A DNA stretch of 59,668 bases, from positions 1 through 59,668 of the IMG/VR virus record IMGVR_UViG_3300009163_000037. One strand, written 5' to 3'. Both the position numbers and the translations under genes were made by a program. This stretch comes from a virus. Lineage: Duplodnaviria; Caudoviricetes. Under the pieces are notes generated by a model. It was not told the origin of the DNA and made no database searches. It saw only the letters and a list, made by a program, of their open reading frames with translations. Shown in pieces: positions 9,001-17,288 of the stretch; position 1 is the first letter of the stretch, and each line of letters opens with the position of its first letter.

Positions 9001-9192
9001 ATGTTAAACCCCGAAGCAAACTACACCGAAGCCGGACGCAAAGGCGCCGAAGCCCGCAACCAGCGCGACGAGGCACGCGCCCAGCATTGGGCCCGCTACT
9101 TCCAGGGTATGCGCAATCTAGAGCGCGCCGAAGACCGCCAGCGGGCGGAAACCCTCTACAGGAACGCATATTCAGAGGCGCGCCGCACATGA
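9001..9192 (+). CDS. small helical early protein (paralog A)
   Basis: MLNPEANYTEAG...; ATG 9001 after AAAGG. Confidence 0.65.
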   Translation: MLNPEANYTEAGRKGAEARNQRDEARAQHWARYFQGMRNLERAEDRQRAETLYRNAYSEARRT

Positions 9193-9380
9193 TCCACCCC
9201 GAAGCCCACTACATCGAAGAGGGTTACCGCTACGAGCGAATCAGCGTACCCGCAAACCGAATCAAGCGCGCCCAGCAGCTGCAAAACATGATCACCGCCG
9301 AAGCTCCCGAAGACCAGGCGCACGCCCGCCAGCTGATCCAACGAGGCCGGCAAGAATTCCAAACCAACGCAAAAGGCTAA
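9189..9380 (+). CDS. small helical early protein (paralog B)
   Basis: MIHPEAHYIEEG...; ATGA overlap. Confidence 0.65.
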   Translation: MIHPEAHYIEEGYRYERISVPANRIKRAQQLQNMITAEAPEDQAHARQLIQRGRQEFQTNAKG

Positions 9381-9383
9381 AAA

Positions 9384-9539
9384 ATGCAAACATCCACACC
9401 GACCACCGAGCAATTAAGGGACGCCCTCCAAAGGGTGACGTATTGGGCAAGCTTAAACATAAAGCATATACCCGATGACGCCATTGCCGAGCTACTGATT
9501 GACGCCATAAGGGACGCAAAAGCGCTTTTGAGGCAGTGA
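9384..9539 (+). CDS. 51-aa early hypothetical protein
   Basis: Manual translation MQTSTPTTEQLRDALQRV...LLRQ. Confidence 0.6.
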   Translation: MQTSTPTTEQLRDALQRVTYWASLNIKHIPDDAIAELLIDAIRDAKALLRQ

Positions 9540-9540
9540 T

Positions 9541-9583
9541 CCCTTCAAGCCCTGCGCGCAGGGTTTGGGGGGCGCTATTGCCC
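9541..9583 (+). other. intergenic RNA hairpin (14-bp stem) with an overlapping second small hairpin
   Basis: cccttcaagccctg-cgcg-cagggtttgggggg; gggc-gctatt-gccc; no U-tract. Confidence 0.55.
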
Positions 9584-9601
9584 TTAACAAGGAGCTAGAT
9601 T

Positions 9602-10051
9602 ATGGGATTAGATATGTATCTGACCGCGCGCAAGCACGTTAACGCATGGGATGCGGAAGACGCCGACCAAAAGGGACTGTCTGAGGTGCCGATAGCGGGC
9701 GCAAAGGGCCTCAAAGTGTCCGCAATTGAGTATCGCGCCGCTTACTGGCGCAAGGCTAACGCGATTCACAATTGGTTTGTGGAAAACGTGCAAGGGGGCG
9801 CCGATAACTGCGCGCAGTACGAGGTAACCGCCAATCAGCTGGAAGAGCTGCGCGACGAATGCCAGCGGGTTATAGACGATCCGAAGCTGGGCGCCGAGGC
9901 CCTACCTACCGCTAAAGGGTTCTTTTTTGGATCCACCGATTACGACGAGGGCTACATAGAAGACCTACAGTACACAATCGACGCGCTGAACGAGTTACTG
10001 GCTGCGCCGCGTGATTACAACTGGTCATATTTTTATCAATCCAGCTGGTAA
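9602..10051 (+). CDS. widespread phage hypothetical protein (MGLDMY...YWRKANAIHNWF...GFFFG...YQSSW)
   Basis: Strong AAGGAG SD; recognisable conserved phage motif pattern. Confidence 0.85.
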   Translation: MGLDMYLTARKHVNAWDAEDADQKGLSEVPIAGAKGLKVSAIEYRAAYWRKANAIHNWFVENVQGGADNCAQYEVTANQLEELRDECQRVIDDPKLGAEALPTAKGFFFGSTDYDEGYIEDLQYTIDALNELLAAPRDYNWSYFYQSSW

Positions 10052-10058
10052 AACCATC

Positions 10059-10280
10059 ATGATCATTCAAGACGATTACAAACTAATGCGCACCGATGGC
10101 AACCCCGCCAAAATCGGCCACATTTACATCACTAACCGGCTGGAAAGTTTCGAGCTGGTGGGCGGGCGACCGCCCCAGCACCCAGCCAGCACCGGCAGGG
10201 TTTGGGTAAAAGTGGCAAAAGACGCCGTGACGCTGGAATTCTTTCCTTCAGTCATTGGCCTACGCTGGGAGAAATTCTAA
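10059..10280 (+). CDS. early hypothetical protein
   Basis: GGRPP.HP.STGRVWV...FFPSV motif; start at MIIQ. Confidence 0.7.
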   Translation: MIIQDDYKLMRTDGNPAKIGHIYITNRLESFELVGGRPPQHPASTGRVWVKVAKDAVTLEFFPSVIGLRWEKF

Positions 10281-10456
10281 TGCGATGCGACCACACAATA
10301 GCCGATAGCTGGTGGGAAAGCGATGGCAGGGGGATTCCCCTTGCCAGGGTATGCGACAAGTGCTACGACCAAGTAATGGCCCGCTTTGACCCATCCATAT
10401 TCGAGTACTACGACCAATCCGACATAGACGAACCAATTGAGGGGGACGAATGGTAA
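10280..10456 (+). CDS. small Zn-binding-like early protein
   Basis: C...DGRGIPLARVCDKC; TAATG overlap. Confidence 0.7.
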   Translation: MRCDHTIADSWWESDGRGIPLARVCDKCYDQVMARFDPSIFEYYDQSDIDEPIEGDEW

Positions 10457-10647
10457 TCACAGAACCAAACCAAATAGAGCTATACCGGCTCTTGACGTTG
10501 CGCGCTGGGCTCCGGTTGGAGCTACGCGGGCTAAAGATCAGCAAAGGGCGCAGCTGCTACGCAATCATCAAGCAAGAGCTGGGATTCAAGGGCAGCAGGG
10601 CGCAAGTGCTGGAGCAATTTGAAGAATTTTTAGGAACCATCAAATGA
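10450..10647 (+). CDS. early hypothetical protein
   Basis: 65-aa ORF in operon. Confidence 0.7.
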   Translation: MVITEPNQIELYRLLTLRAGLRLELRGLKISKGRSCYAIIKQELGFKGSRAQVLEQFEEFLGTIK

Positions 10648-10820
10648 CACAAGAACAGATACAAATTATCCTTTTCGACCTATACGATTTGCGGTACACG
10701 CTCACGCAGCAAACCAAAGACGAGCATATGGGTTTGGGTATGGGTGAAGGTGTGACCATTGGGGAACATCTCGACAACATAATTGAGTCCGTGGAAGCAT
10801 TAGAAGGGGACGACAAATGA
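10644..10820 (+). CDS. 58-aa hypothetical protein
   Basis: Manual translation MTQEQIQIILFDLYDL...; ATGA overlaps at both ends. Confidence 0.65.
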   Translation: MTQEQIQIILFDLYDLRYTLTQQTKDEHMGLGMGEGVTIGEHLDNIIESVEALEGDDK

Positions 10821-10969
10821 AAGTTACATTCACTCATAGCCAAATGGAAGCATTCGCGATGGGTTACTACCATGCACGCACCGGCCAAGACGAGCAAAAC
10901 GACTACATGACGCCCCTAGAGATATGGACATACCATAGGGGCTACGACACCGGCAAACAGGCCGCTTAG
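10817..10969 (+). CDS. 50-aa Rmf/CrpP-like small protein
   Basis: AFAMGYYHARTG...NDY...YHRGYDTG resembles the Rmf-fold G-Y...Y...W/Y..G.. pattern. Confidence 0.45.
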   Translation: MKVTFTHSQMEAFAMGYYHARTGQDEQNDYMTPLEIWTYHRGYDTGKQAA

Positions 10970-11751
10970 AAGAAAGGGCGCAGGGACTCGGCTGCGGCCT
11001 CTGTCCCTACCCTCTGCTCGAAATCGTTGAAATCCTCTCCAGCCTCGCCTACCCAGTAGCGCGGGGCTATTTTTTTGGCAGCTCCAAGACCTACTGGATC
11101 GTTATCGGCGACAACGAAAGGGGACTGTATCCGGCTCCCGACTTCTATCATGTTCCCAGCTGAAAAGCAAACGTGGATTGTGTACCGCTGGCGCAGCTGC
11201 TTTAGCGCTCGACGCACCGACATACCAGTAGCCAGCCCCTCGACTAGGATATTCGGCCCCTTGTTGTCAATCGTCAGGCTGGCGCCTTTCGTTCGCTGGC
11301 CGGCTAAGAATCTCTTTTGACCATCCTCTTGGATCAGCTGGCAGCCAACAAGATGCCCATCGATGCGCATTGGGACTGCAATTTGCCTGTGCCACACCTT
11401 CACTTTGTCAGAAAATCCCTTGCGGATCATGTAGGGGTGCTGCTCAACTGTAACGCTGTTACAGATGAATGCCGCCCGCTTTGCTGCATCGGCTTGTCGT
11501 TCCAGTCGCTCTTTGTCGGCCAGCTGGCGCCTGATTCCCTCCATCGGATCAGGGATGTAAGGCTCGTCAGACCGGTAGAGAATGTGCTTATCGTGCATGG
11601 CAAAGTTAATCACCGCGCCCTTATGCCCATCAAAGATATACGCGCCATTGCGCTTTGCTGGCCGGTCAACTGTACCAACCCGCATCCACTTACCCAGCGT
11701 CAATCGGTCAATCAATAACCCATTGTCGCGGGCGAATTCTTCAAACGTCAT
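10966..11751 (-). CDS. Toprim-domain primase (no zinc-binding or helicase part)
   Basis: KRNGAY, HPYMIRKG, VPMR...QLI..DGQKRFL, VEGLATG, VADND, DFND. Confidence 0.85.
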   Translation of the reverse strand: MTFEEFARDNGLLIDRLTLGKWMRVGTVDRPAKRNGAYIFDGHKGAVINFAMHDKHILYRSDEPYIPDPMEGIRRQLADKERLERQADAAKRAAFICNSVTVEQHPYMIRKGFSDKVKVWHRQIAVPMRIDGHLVGCQLIQEDGQKRFLAGQRTKGASLTIDNKGPNILVEGLATGMSVRRALKQLRQRYTIHVCFSAGNMIEVGSRIQSPFVVADNDPVGLGAAKKIAPRYWVGEAGEDFNDFEQRVGTEAAAESLRPFF

Positions 11752-13211
11752 GCTTTACCTCTCGCCCATGCAATGTTACGGCTCTTAATCCAATCCAGTG
11801 TCTTGTAGCTGGGCGTCTTGATGACCGTGTCCAGGCCCCTAGGAAATGCGCCAAACTTCTCTTTGTACTTGTGCGCTGCCCATCCATCCTTGTAGCCCCG
11901 CATCCGACTGTAGTAGAGCACCTCGGAGTAAAAGGTTTGGTTGGCATTCACAAATCCCTTTTGGTTTGTGTCCAGCTCAATCATGCGGCCTGGAACGTTC
12001 TGCACTTCTTTTGATGGGCGCGTCCAGCCGCACTCGCCACAGATTCGGTCAGGCCATATCCACAACGCGCCGCACTTGCCGCACTTGGCTTCTTTCTTGA
12101 CCTTCTCGGTGGGCTCTTTCTTGGCCGATTCGCTCTTGTCCTTCAGATCAGTCACGCCCTCGGAGAACAGGTTATCCCAATCCTTTCTGAACCTGAGATA
12201 GTTGCCCGAATGATCCAGCCACACGCCGTGCGTCTTGCCCTCGCAGGGGCGCATGATGCGGCCCATCTGCTGGACATGGCTAGAGAACGACTTGGAAAAC
12301 GGGCGGGCAGATACGCCTATCAAAACGTCAGGCACATCAAACCCTCGCGTCAGGATATCGGTGGCTATCAGGCCGGTGATCTTGGTATCAGGCCGGCTGA
12401 AGTCTTCAATAGTCTCGCGCTTGAAGTCATCCTCTTCTTTGTAGCTGATAGACACAAAGTTATAACCGCGTGAGTTGAACTGGCGAACCAGGTCTCGACC
12501 ATGCTCCACACCGGAGGCAAAGACCACAGTCTTTTTTGGCCCGCCGAATAGCTCATTAGTCTTGTTAATCCACTCGTCAACTATATCGCCGGTAATCTTC
12601 ATGCCCCGCTCGGACACTTCATCCTGAGACCACTCGCCGGCCACTTTCTTGGCGCCGGTCATGTCGATTTCTTTGGCGATAAACACTTTCAGCGGGACTA
12701 GCCACTTCTCTTCAATCAAATCACCGGTAGGTTTGGCGCCTACTACGTGGGTGTAGGTATCACCCAGCCCCGCCGTGAAGGGCGTGGCAGTCAACCCTAT
12801 CACCTTGATATCGGGGTTGTCTTGAATGAATTTGATTACTTGCTTGCGCTGGACATGGCACTCATCAATGATGAGAAGGCCGACATCAGGGAAGTCAGAC
12901 CTACGCTCCAGGGTTTGCGCGCTGCACACTTGTATGCGCTCGTGGGGCCGGTATCGCCAATGCCCCGACTGCATCACGCCGTGACCGATGCCGTACTTAG
13001 ATAGGCGCGTGCTGGTTTGGTTGACCAACACAATCCTATCCAAGACCATCGCTACTTTGATGCCCTTCTTGGCCTCTTCGACCATGATGTGCATCGCTAC
13101 TTCTGTTTTGCCAAACCCTGTAGGTGCGTACAAGAGTTGGCAGCGGTGTTGGGAAAAACCCTGCGCGAGTTTCTCCACCACATCCGCCTGATGTGGCCTT
13201 AGATTTATCAT
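11748..13211 (-). CDS. superfamily-2 DExH helicase with C-terminal Zn ribbon
   Basis: APTGFGKT, IIDECH, GLTATP, LTRGFDVP, QQMGRIMR, CGKC...CGEC. Confidence 0.92.
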   Translation of the reverse strand: MINLRPHQADVVEKLAQGFSQHRCQLLYAPTGFGKTEVAMHIMVEEAKKGIKVAMVLDRIVLVNQTSTRLSKYGIGHGVMQSGHWRYRPHERIQVCSAQTLERRSDFPDVGLLIIDECHVQRKQVIKFIQDNPDIKVIGLTATPFTAGLGDTYTHVVGAKPTGDLIEEKWLVPLKVFIAKEIDMTGAKKVAGEWSQDEVSERGMKITGDIVDEWINKTNELFGGPKKTVVFASGVEHGRDLVRQFNSRGYNFVSISYKEEDDFKRETIEDFSRPDTKITGLIATDILTRGFDVPDVLIGVSARPFSKSFSSHVQQMGRIMRPCEGKTHGVWLDHSGNYLRFRKDWDNLFSEGVTDLKDKSESAKKEPTEKVKKEAKCGKCGALWIWPDRICGECGWTRPSKEVQNVPGRMIELDTNQKGFVNANQTFYSEVLYYSRMRGYKDGWAAHKYKEKFGAFPRGLDTVIKTPSYKTLDWIKSRNIAWARGKA

Positions 13212-13247
13212 GCTTGCTCCTGCTGGGAAACCGCCCAGCTTCGGTGT

Positions 13248-14045
13248 TTACGCAGCTTTATCTGCTCTGCGTTTCCAGTAATTAATCTGCTTGATCATCT
13301 CTGAATTCTTAGACATGAATTCATCACGGCTTTGAGTTACAGAGGCAAGCTGTGCTTCCAGTTCCCGCACTTGCTCACGCAGCGATTCAATGGTCTCTTG
13401 AACCTCGGCCTGGGCCTCCTTGGAAACAGGCAGCGATCTTACTGCAAGAAGATCTTTGAGCTTGGTGTTTTCATCAGAAATTACAGAAAATTCTTTCTTG
13501 ATTTCTTCAAACTTATCTTCTTCTTCAAACTCTTGAACGGGCGCTACTTTACGACCAATGTTTGTTGTGTCCCTGCGTTTGCCATCCTTGCCAACAGTGC
13601 TGGACTTCTCAAGACCCAAAGCTTTGCGAACGCGACCAACTGTAGCTTTGCTCACCTTGCACACATCTCCGATTTGAGAGTCCGACAACTCACCTAGCTC
13701 TATGTCTTCAAGAGCCAGCCGGACTACATTGCGGGCCTCTTCTGCGCTGCGTGGCTTGCCGTGTTCAGCATTAGCTGCAAGGCTTGCGATAAATGCATCA
13801 CGTTTGGTGCCTTGCTGGACTATAGCGTTGACATCTTTGTATCCAGCGCGTTTGTGTGCGTGCCAGCGGTGGAATCCATCGGAGAGCCAGTAGTTCTTGC
13901 CGTCAAAGTGCAGGTCTACTGGTGGAAATTCTTTGCCCTCAAGCATTGCTTCTGTGTAGTGCTGGACTAGGCTATCGTCCAACTCTTTGCGTGGTTGTGT
14001 TCCGCCATCTAGGCGGATCTTTGTCAGCAGGATTTTCTCAGTCAT
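13248..14045 (-). CDS. ParB-like protein (ParB/Srx N-domain, HTH, C-terminal coiled coil)
   Basis: TQPR, FPPV, LSDGFHRW (GxxR), AANAEHG, HTH SDSQIGDVCKVSKATVGRVR. Confidence 0.8.
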   Translation of the reverse strand: MTEKILLTKIRLDGGTQPRKELDDSLVQHYTEAMLEGKEFPPVDLHFDGKNYWLSDGFHRWHAHKRAGYKDVNAIVQQGTKRDAFIASLAANAEHGKPRSAEEARNVVRLALEDIELGELSDSQIGDVCKVSKATVGRVRKALGLEKSSTVGKDGKRRDTTNIGRKVAPVQEFEEEDKFEEIKKEFSVISDENTKLKDLLAVRSLPVSKEAQAEVQETIESLREQVRELEAQLASVTQSRDEFMSKNSEMIKQINYWKRRADKAA

Positions 14046-14208
14046 TTTTTTCCTTAATTAAGCGGCGGATTTCCACCATTGCGTCTTTGAAGTCACCTTG
14101 CAGCTGCATGATGACTTCCTGTTGTGTTTGCATCCGGCTATACGCTTCGCTTGCAAACTTTGCCAAGTTTTCTAAACTCCAGGCTGCGAAATTTGGTTGA
14201 TCCATCAT
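14038..14208 (-). CDS. 56-aa coiled-coil hypothetical protein
   Basis: Manual translation MMDQPNFAAWSLENLAKFA... Confidence 0.65.
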   Translation of the reverse strand: MMDQPNFAAWSLENLAKFASEAYSRMQTQQEVIMQLQGDFKDAMVEIRRLIKEKND

Positions 14209-14216
14209 TTACTCTC

Positions 14217-14456
14217 TTATTCTGGCTTGGGACAGTCCTCTGGTGGGGTAACCACACAATATACCGCGCTCCATTTTCCCGGCCCCTTGCCTACTTTTGG
14301 AGCCCACCTATCAATGTAAGCGTCCGGCATTTTGATGAGGCTGCGCCCCGCATTGGTATAGTTCATGTTTAAGTGCTGGGATATTTCCAACAGCGTTAAG
14401 CCATCAGGATACCTGCGGAGTAAACACCTAATCCTATCTTGTGGAGGTGTGTTCAA
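14217..14456 (-). CDS. winged-HTH-like protein
   Basis: IRCLLRRYPDGLTLLEISQHL...MPDAYIDRW. Confidence 0.6.
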   Translation of the reverse strand: MNTPPQDRIRCLLRRYPDGLTLLEISQHLNMNYTNAGRSLIKMPDAYIDRWAPKVGKGPGKWSAVYCVVTPPEDCPKPE

Positions 14457-14635
14457 GCTTTATCCTTTGCGTGCTTGATAGCTTCGATCATGTTGGCAAT
14501 GTACGTTAGCGCAACAGTGCATTCATAAATTGCATCATCGTAATGATTACTCAGCATACATTGGTGTGCTTCCTTGAGTGCGTGTTCCGCTTGCATACAA
14601 GGCAGGGCGTAGTCTTTTATTACTTCAATTTTCAT
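14453..14635 (-). CDS. hypothetical protein
   Basis: Coupled small ORF in operon. Confidence 0.65.
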   Translation of the reverse strand: MKIEVIKDYALPCMQAEHALKEAHQCMLSNHYDDAIYECTVALTYIANMIEAIKHAKDKA

Positions 14636-14946
14636 TTTGTTTCCTTTGGTTTAAATAATCCCATTGCAAGAAACCCGTCTTGGAACACATCAGCAGGGCG
14701 GCATCCTAGGTATATGCCTCTGCTATCACGCGCCTTGGATATGGCGGCAACTATGTCTTTCCAATCGTCTTGGTTCATGCCGTAGTGCATGTCCGGTTGT
14801 GGCCCAAAATCAATGGGACGCTCAGGCCACTGCGCTACCACATCAGCACGCACCAGCAGGGCAAAGTTATATATCTCGGGCGTCATCTGCTTGATGCCAG
14901 CCTCCGCGCCAAGTCTGTCCAGCTTTGGTATTAGTCGTTCACCCAT
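14632..14946 (-). CDS. hypothetical protein
   Basis: Start taken at MGERL with AAGGAG SD. Confidence 0.65.
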   Translation of the reverse strand: MGERLIPKLDRLGAEAGIKQMTPEIYNFALLVRADVVAQWPERPIDFGPQPDMHYGMNQDDWKDIVAAISKARDSRGIYLGCRPADVFQDGFLAMGLFKPKETK

Positions 14947-15154
14947 TTGCGTTCTCCTTTCGTGCGGCGTCCCACGCCTTGTGTTCTTCCCACCACCTAT
15001 GCAACTCAGGGTCTTTTGCGTGGAACCCAAGCTGCTCCAATGTACCCAGCGTTAGACACAACCAGTTTGCAAGTTGGTCAACGCGCCCCTGCATCTCGGC
15101 CTGCACTTCTTGGCGAACATAGTCGGGACTGCTTCTGTGGTCATAGCATGGCAT
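14939..15154 (-). CDS. hypothetical protein (MPCYD...LC...WW.EH..WD type)
   Basis: AAGGAG SD; coupled. Confidence 0.7.
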   Translation of the reverse strand: MPCYDHRSSPDYVRQEVQAEMQGRVDQLANWLCLTLGTLEQLGFHAKDPELHRWWEEHKAWDAARKENANG

Positions 15155-15542
15155 TGTTCTTCTCCTTTGTTCTGGCTAAAAGGGCATTGGCATATTCGTA
15201 CAAATCCCAGTCACTCATCCACCCATTAATTCCTTGCGGCATTGAGTCAATGACTTCTGTGATGTGGTCATCCGTCAGCCCAACCCAAGGGCGCTGTGCT
15301 GCTTTCTTTCCGTCGTAGAAACCACTTTGGTATGCAATCGTCAGCGTATCGTCGTGGTGTTGCACCGCGACATGCTCCTGCGCTGGATGTGCCAAGGCTT
15401 TTTTAGTTTCTTCCAGTGCGTCTGCTACACCCCTGTCATAGCCTTCCATAAGCAGTTTGGTCAACTCTGTTTGGTATACCTGCGTATCGTCATCTTCCAG
15501 CTTGTCCCGCGCTGCTGCGCGTTTTGATTCGTAGCCTGTCAT
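15141..15542 (-). CDS. hypothetical protein (QRPWVGLTD...EKN motif)
   Basis: GAGGTG SD; modular motif common in proteobacterial phage small ORFs. Confidence 0.7.
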   Translation of the reverse strand: MTGYESKRAAARDKLEDDDTQVYQTELTKLLMEGYDRGVADALEETKKALAHPAQEHVAVQHHDDTLTIAYQSGFYDGKKAAQRPWVGLTDDHITEVIDSMPQGINGWMSDWDLYEYANALLARTKEKNNAML

Positions 15543-15766
15543 GCTTCACCTCTTGCTTTGATTTCGTTTTCCAAAAATTCGATGTGGGACTCAGCCTTGT
15601 CCAGTGTCCGTACAAGATCATCACGTTGCTGGACAACGGTAGTTGCTAACTCTTGCATCACTTGCAACTGGTGTTGCAGATGATTCTGAGGCTTTGTGTT
15701 CACACCACGGACGCGCAAGCGCATGATGGCTAAGCGGTGTTGTGCTAGTTCGTCTTTGAGTTTCAT
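15539..15766 (-). CDS. coiled-coil hypothetical protein
   Basis: ATGA overlaps. Confidence 0.65.
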   Translation of the reverse strand: MKLKDELAQHRLAIMRLRVRGVNTKPQNHLQHQLQVMQELATTVVQQRDDLVRTLDKAESHIEFLENEIKARGEA

Positions 15767-15999
15767 GCTTCACCTCTTGTGTAAACGATCTGCCTAAAAT
15801 TTTCAATCCAAAAAGCAGCGGGTTTATTTTTCAGTAGGGGGTTGTCCTCTACTGGGCGCAGTTCTTCTATTGACTTCATAATGGCATCACGCTCATGCGT
15901 TGCTACCAAGGCGGCAAAGGCTTCAAGTTGATAAGCGGCGTGAACAACTCCAGCAGAGTCTGCAAATCCCGCTTGTTTTGCTAGTTCGATGATGTTCAT
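15763..15999 (-). CDS. hypothetical protein (IIELAKQAG...LEAFAALVA..ER motif)
   Basis: ATGA overlaps. Confidence 0.7.
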   Translation of the reverse strand: MNIIELAKQAGFADSAGVVHAAYQLEAFAALVATHERDAIMKSIEELRPVEDNPLLKNKPAAFWIENFRQIVYTRGEA

Positions 16000-16262
16000 T
16001 CTGTTACTCCTATCATGTCAATAGTTTCTTTCGCCCGATTTTTAGCATAAGCAGCAGCATCAGCAGCAACAGCAGCACCATAAGCAGCATCAGCAGCAGC
16101 ACGACCAGCAGCACGACCAGCAGCAGCAGCAGCAGCATAAGCAGAATAAGCAGCAGCAGTATTTTTTTCTCTGCACATCCTTGCCCACGACTTGCCGTGT
16201 CCATCGGCATCGGCTTGGGGCTGGTAAGCAGCTAGTGCTTCCCACATTTCAATGATGTTCAT
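15996..16262 (-). CDS. Ala-rich low-complexity protein
   Basis: GCT/GCA trinucleotide tract 16050-16160; start at MNIIEMW. Confidence 0.65.
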   Translation of the reverse strand: MNIIEMWEALAAYQPQADADGHGKSWARMCREKNTAAAYSAYAAAAAAGRAAGRAAADAAYGAAVAADAAAYAKNRAKETIDMIGVTE

Positions 16263-16390
16263 AGCCACCCCGCTGATATGCAAATAGAAACAAACAGAAA
16301 AGCAACGCCCGTGAATTGCGCTAACCATTTGGGTACATAAGGGGCAATCCAAATAGTCCCTAGTATTGTCAAAAATTGTGTGTGAGTCAT
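16259..16390 (-). CDS. 43-aa membrane peptide
   Basis: Manual translation MTHTQFLTILGTIWIAPYVPKWLAQFTGVAFLFVSICISAGWL; ATGA overlaps. Confidence 0.6.
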   Translation of the reverse strand: MTHTQFLTILGTIWIAPYVPKWLAQFTGVAFLFVSICISAGWL

Positions 16391-16557
16391 TTGATTTCCT
16401 CCACCTGTGGGTGTTTCAATAGCACTGCGTAGTCTTTTGCACGTTCATAAGCGTTGTCGCCAGAAAACATATTTTCGTACTGCCAATCAAATTCATACCA
16501 GCGTTTGGTCTCAATAACCCAGTATTCTTTTGGGTGTAGTCTTATTCGTACTTTCAT
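16387..16557 (-). CDS. hypothetical protein
   Basis: Start at MKVRIR; ATGA overlaps. Confidence 0.65.
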   Translation of the reverse strand: MKVRIRLHPKEYWVIETKRWYEFDWQYENMFSGDNAYERAKDYAVLLKHPQVEEIK

Positions 16558-16724
16558 TTGAACACCGCCGCTACAAGCATGGACGCACCCACTACAAAGA
16601 TCACCCACACGATCAAGCCTTTAATCTGTTTTACGAACATGGCGTAGTCGCTGGGCTCGGGCTCGTCGTACTCCCAGTCCTTCTGCGTCTTGCGCTCCAT
16701 GTATTTTTTGTCTGCTTCGTTCAT
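16554..16724 (-). CDS. 56-aa protein with C-terminal TM helix
   Basis: Manual translation MNEADKKYME...IVWVIFVVGASMLVAAVFK. Confidence 0.6.
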   Translation of the reverse strand: MNEADKKYMERKTQKDWEYDEPEPSDYAMFVKQIKGLIVWVIFVVGASMLVAAVFK

Positions 16725-16900
16725 TTGGCGTTCTCCTTGAGCATTGCTTCAATATGTGTGTATGTGTCTGCGTACATCTTTGCTAGTTCGGTTGGCGGCA
16801 CACCTGCCTCAACACCTGCATTGACCACATCCATGAGTGCGCGAAAGAATTTAACCCGCTCTTCTTCGGGTAGTGCTTTAACTTGTTCTTGGAATGTCAT
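16721..16900 (-). CDS. hypothetical protein
   Basis: Start at MTFQEQ with AAGGAG SD. Confidence 0.65.
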   Translation of the reverse strand: MTFQEQVKALPEEERVKFFRALMDVVNAGVEAGVPPTELAKMYADTYTHIEAMLKENAK

Positions 16901-17079
16901 TTGGTACGCTCCTTGAGTTGATCTTCCAGTGGGTGCTTGTACCATCCGCTTGTATCGTCTGCGCTCCTGTACTTCACACGCACGTAAACGCCTGTGATTT
17001 GAAAACGCTCTGGCTGGAGGTTGTCCTCTATGTCTCGAATGTCTTGGTTTGTCCACCCGCCTTTTGTTGTCAATATCAT
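16897..17079 (-). CDS. hypothetical protein
   Basis: ATGA overlaps. Confidence 0.6.
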   Translation of the reverse strand: MILTTKGGWTNQDIRDIEDNLQPERFQITGVYVRVKYRSADDTSGWYKHPLEDQLKERTK

Positions 17080-17288
17080 TTGCTGCGCTCCTCAAGCATT
17101 GCGTCTGCTGCTACAAAACTGCATTTCGCAATAGTTGATGCTTCACAGTTTGGGGCCATGCCATCTGCGAGGAATCCCTGCAATGCAAGCCCCGCAAAGT
17201 AATCGCGCAGCGTCATGTCCTTGGCGTAGCCGCCGGTCTTGACCAGCCAATCGGTGTAGTCTTCGGCGATTTCTCGTGTATCTTTCAT
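17076..17288 (-). CDS. hypothetical protein (MTLRDYFAGLALQG...ADAML family)
   Basis: Very common phage small-protein motif. Confidence 0.75.
   Translation of the reverse strand: MKDTREIAEDYTDWLVKTGGYAKDMTLRDYFAGLALQGFLADGMAPNCEASTIAKCSFVAADAMLEERSK

Noticed and set aside
13222-13239. Hairpin gctggg-cggttt-cccagc before the helicase as a terminator
   Set aside because: No U-tract; at most a translational modulator next to the SD
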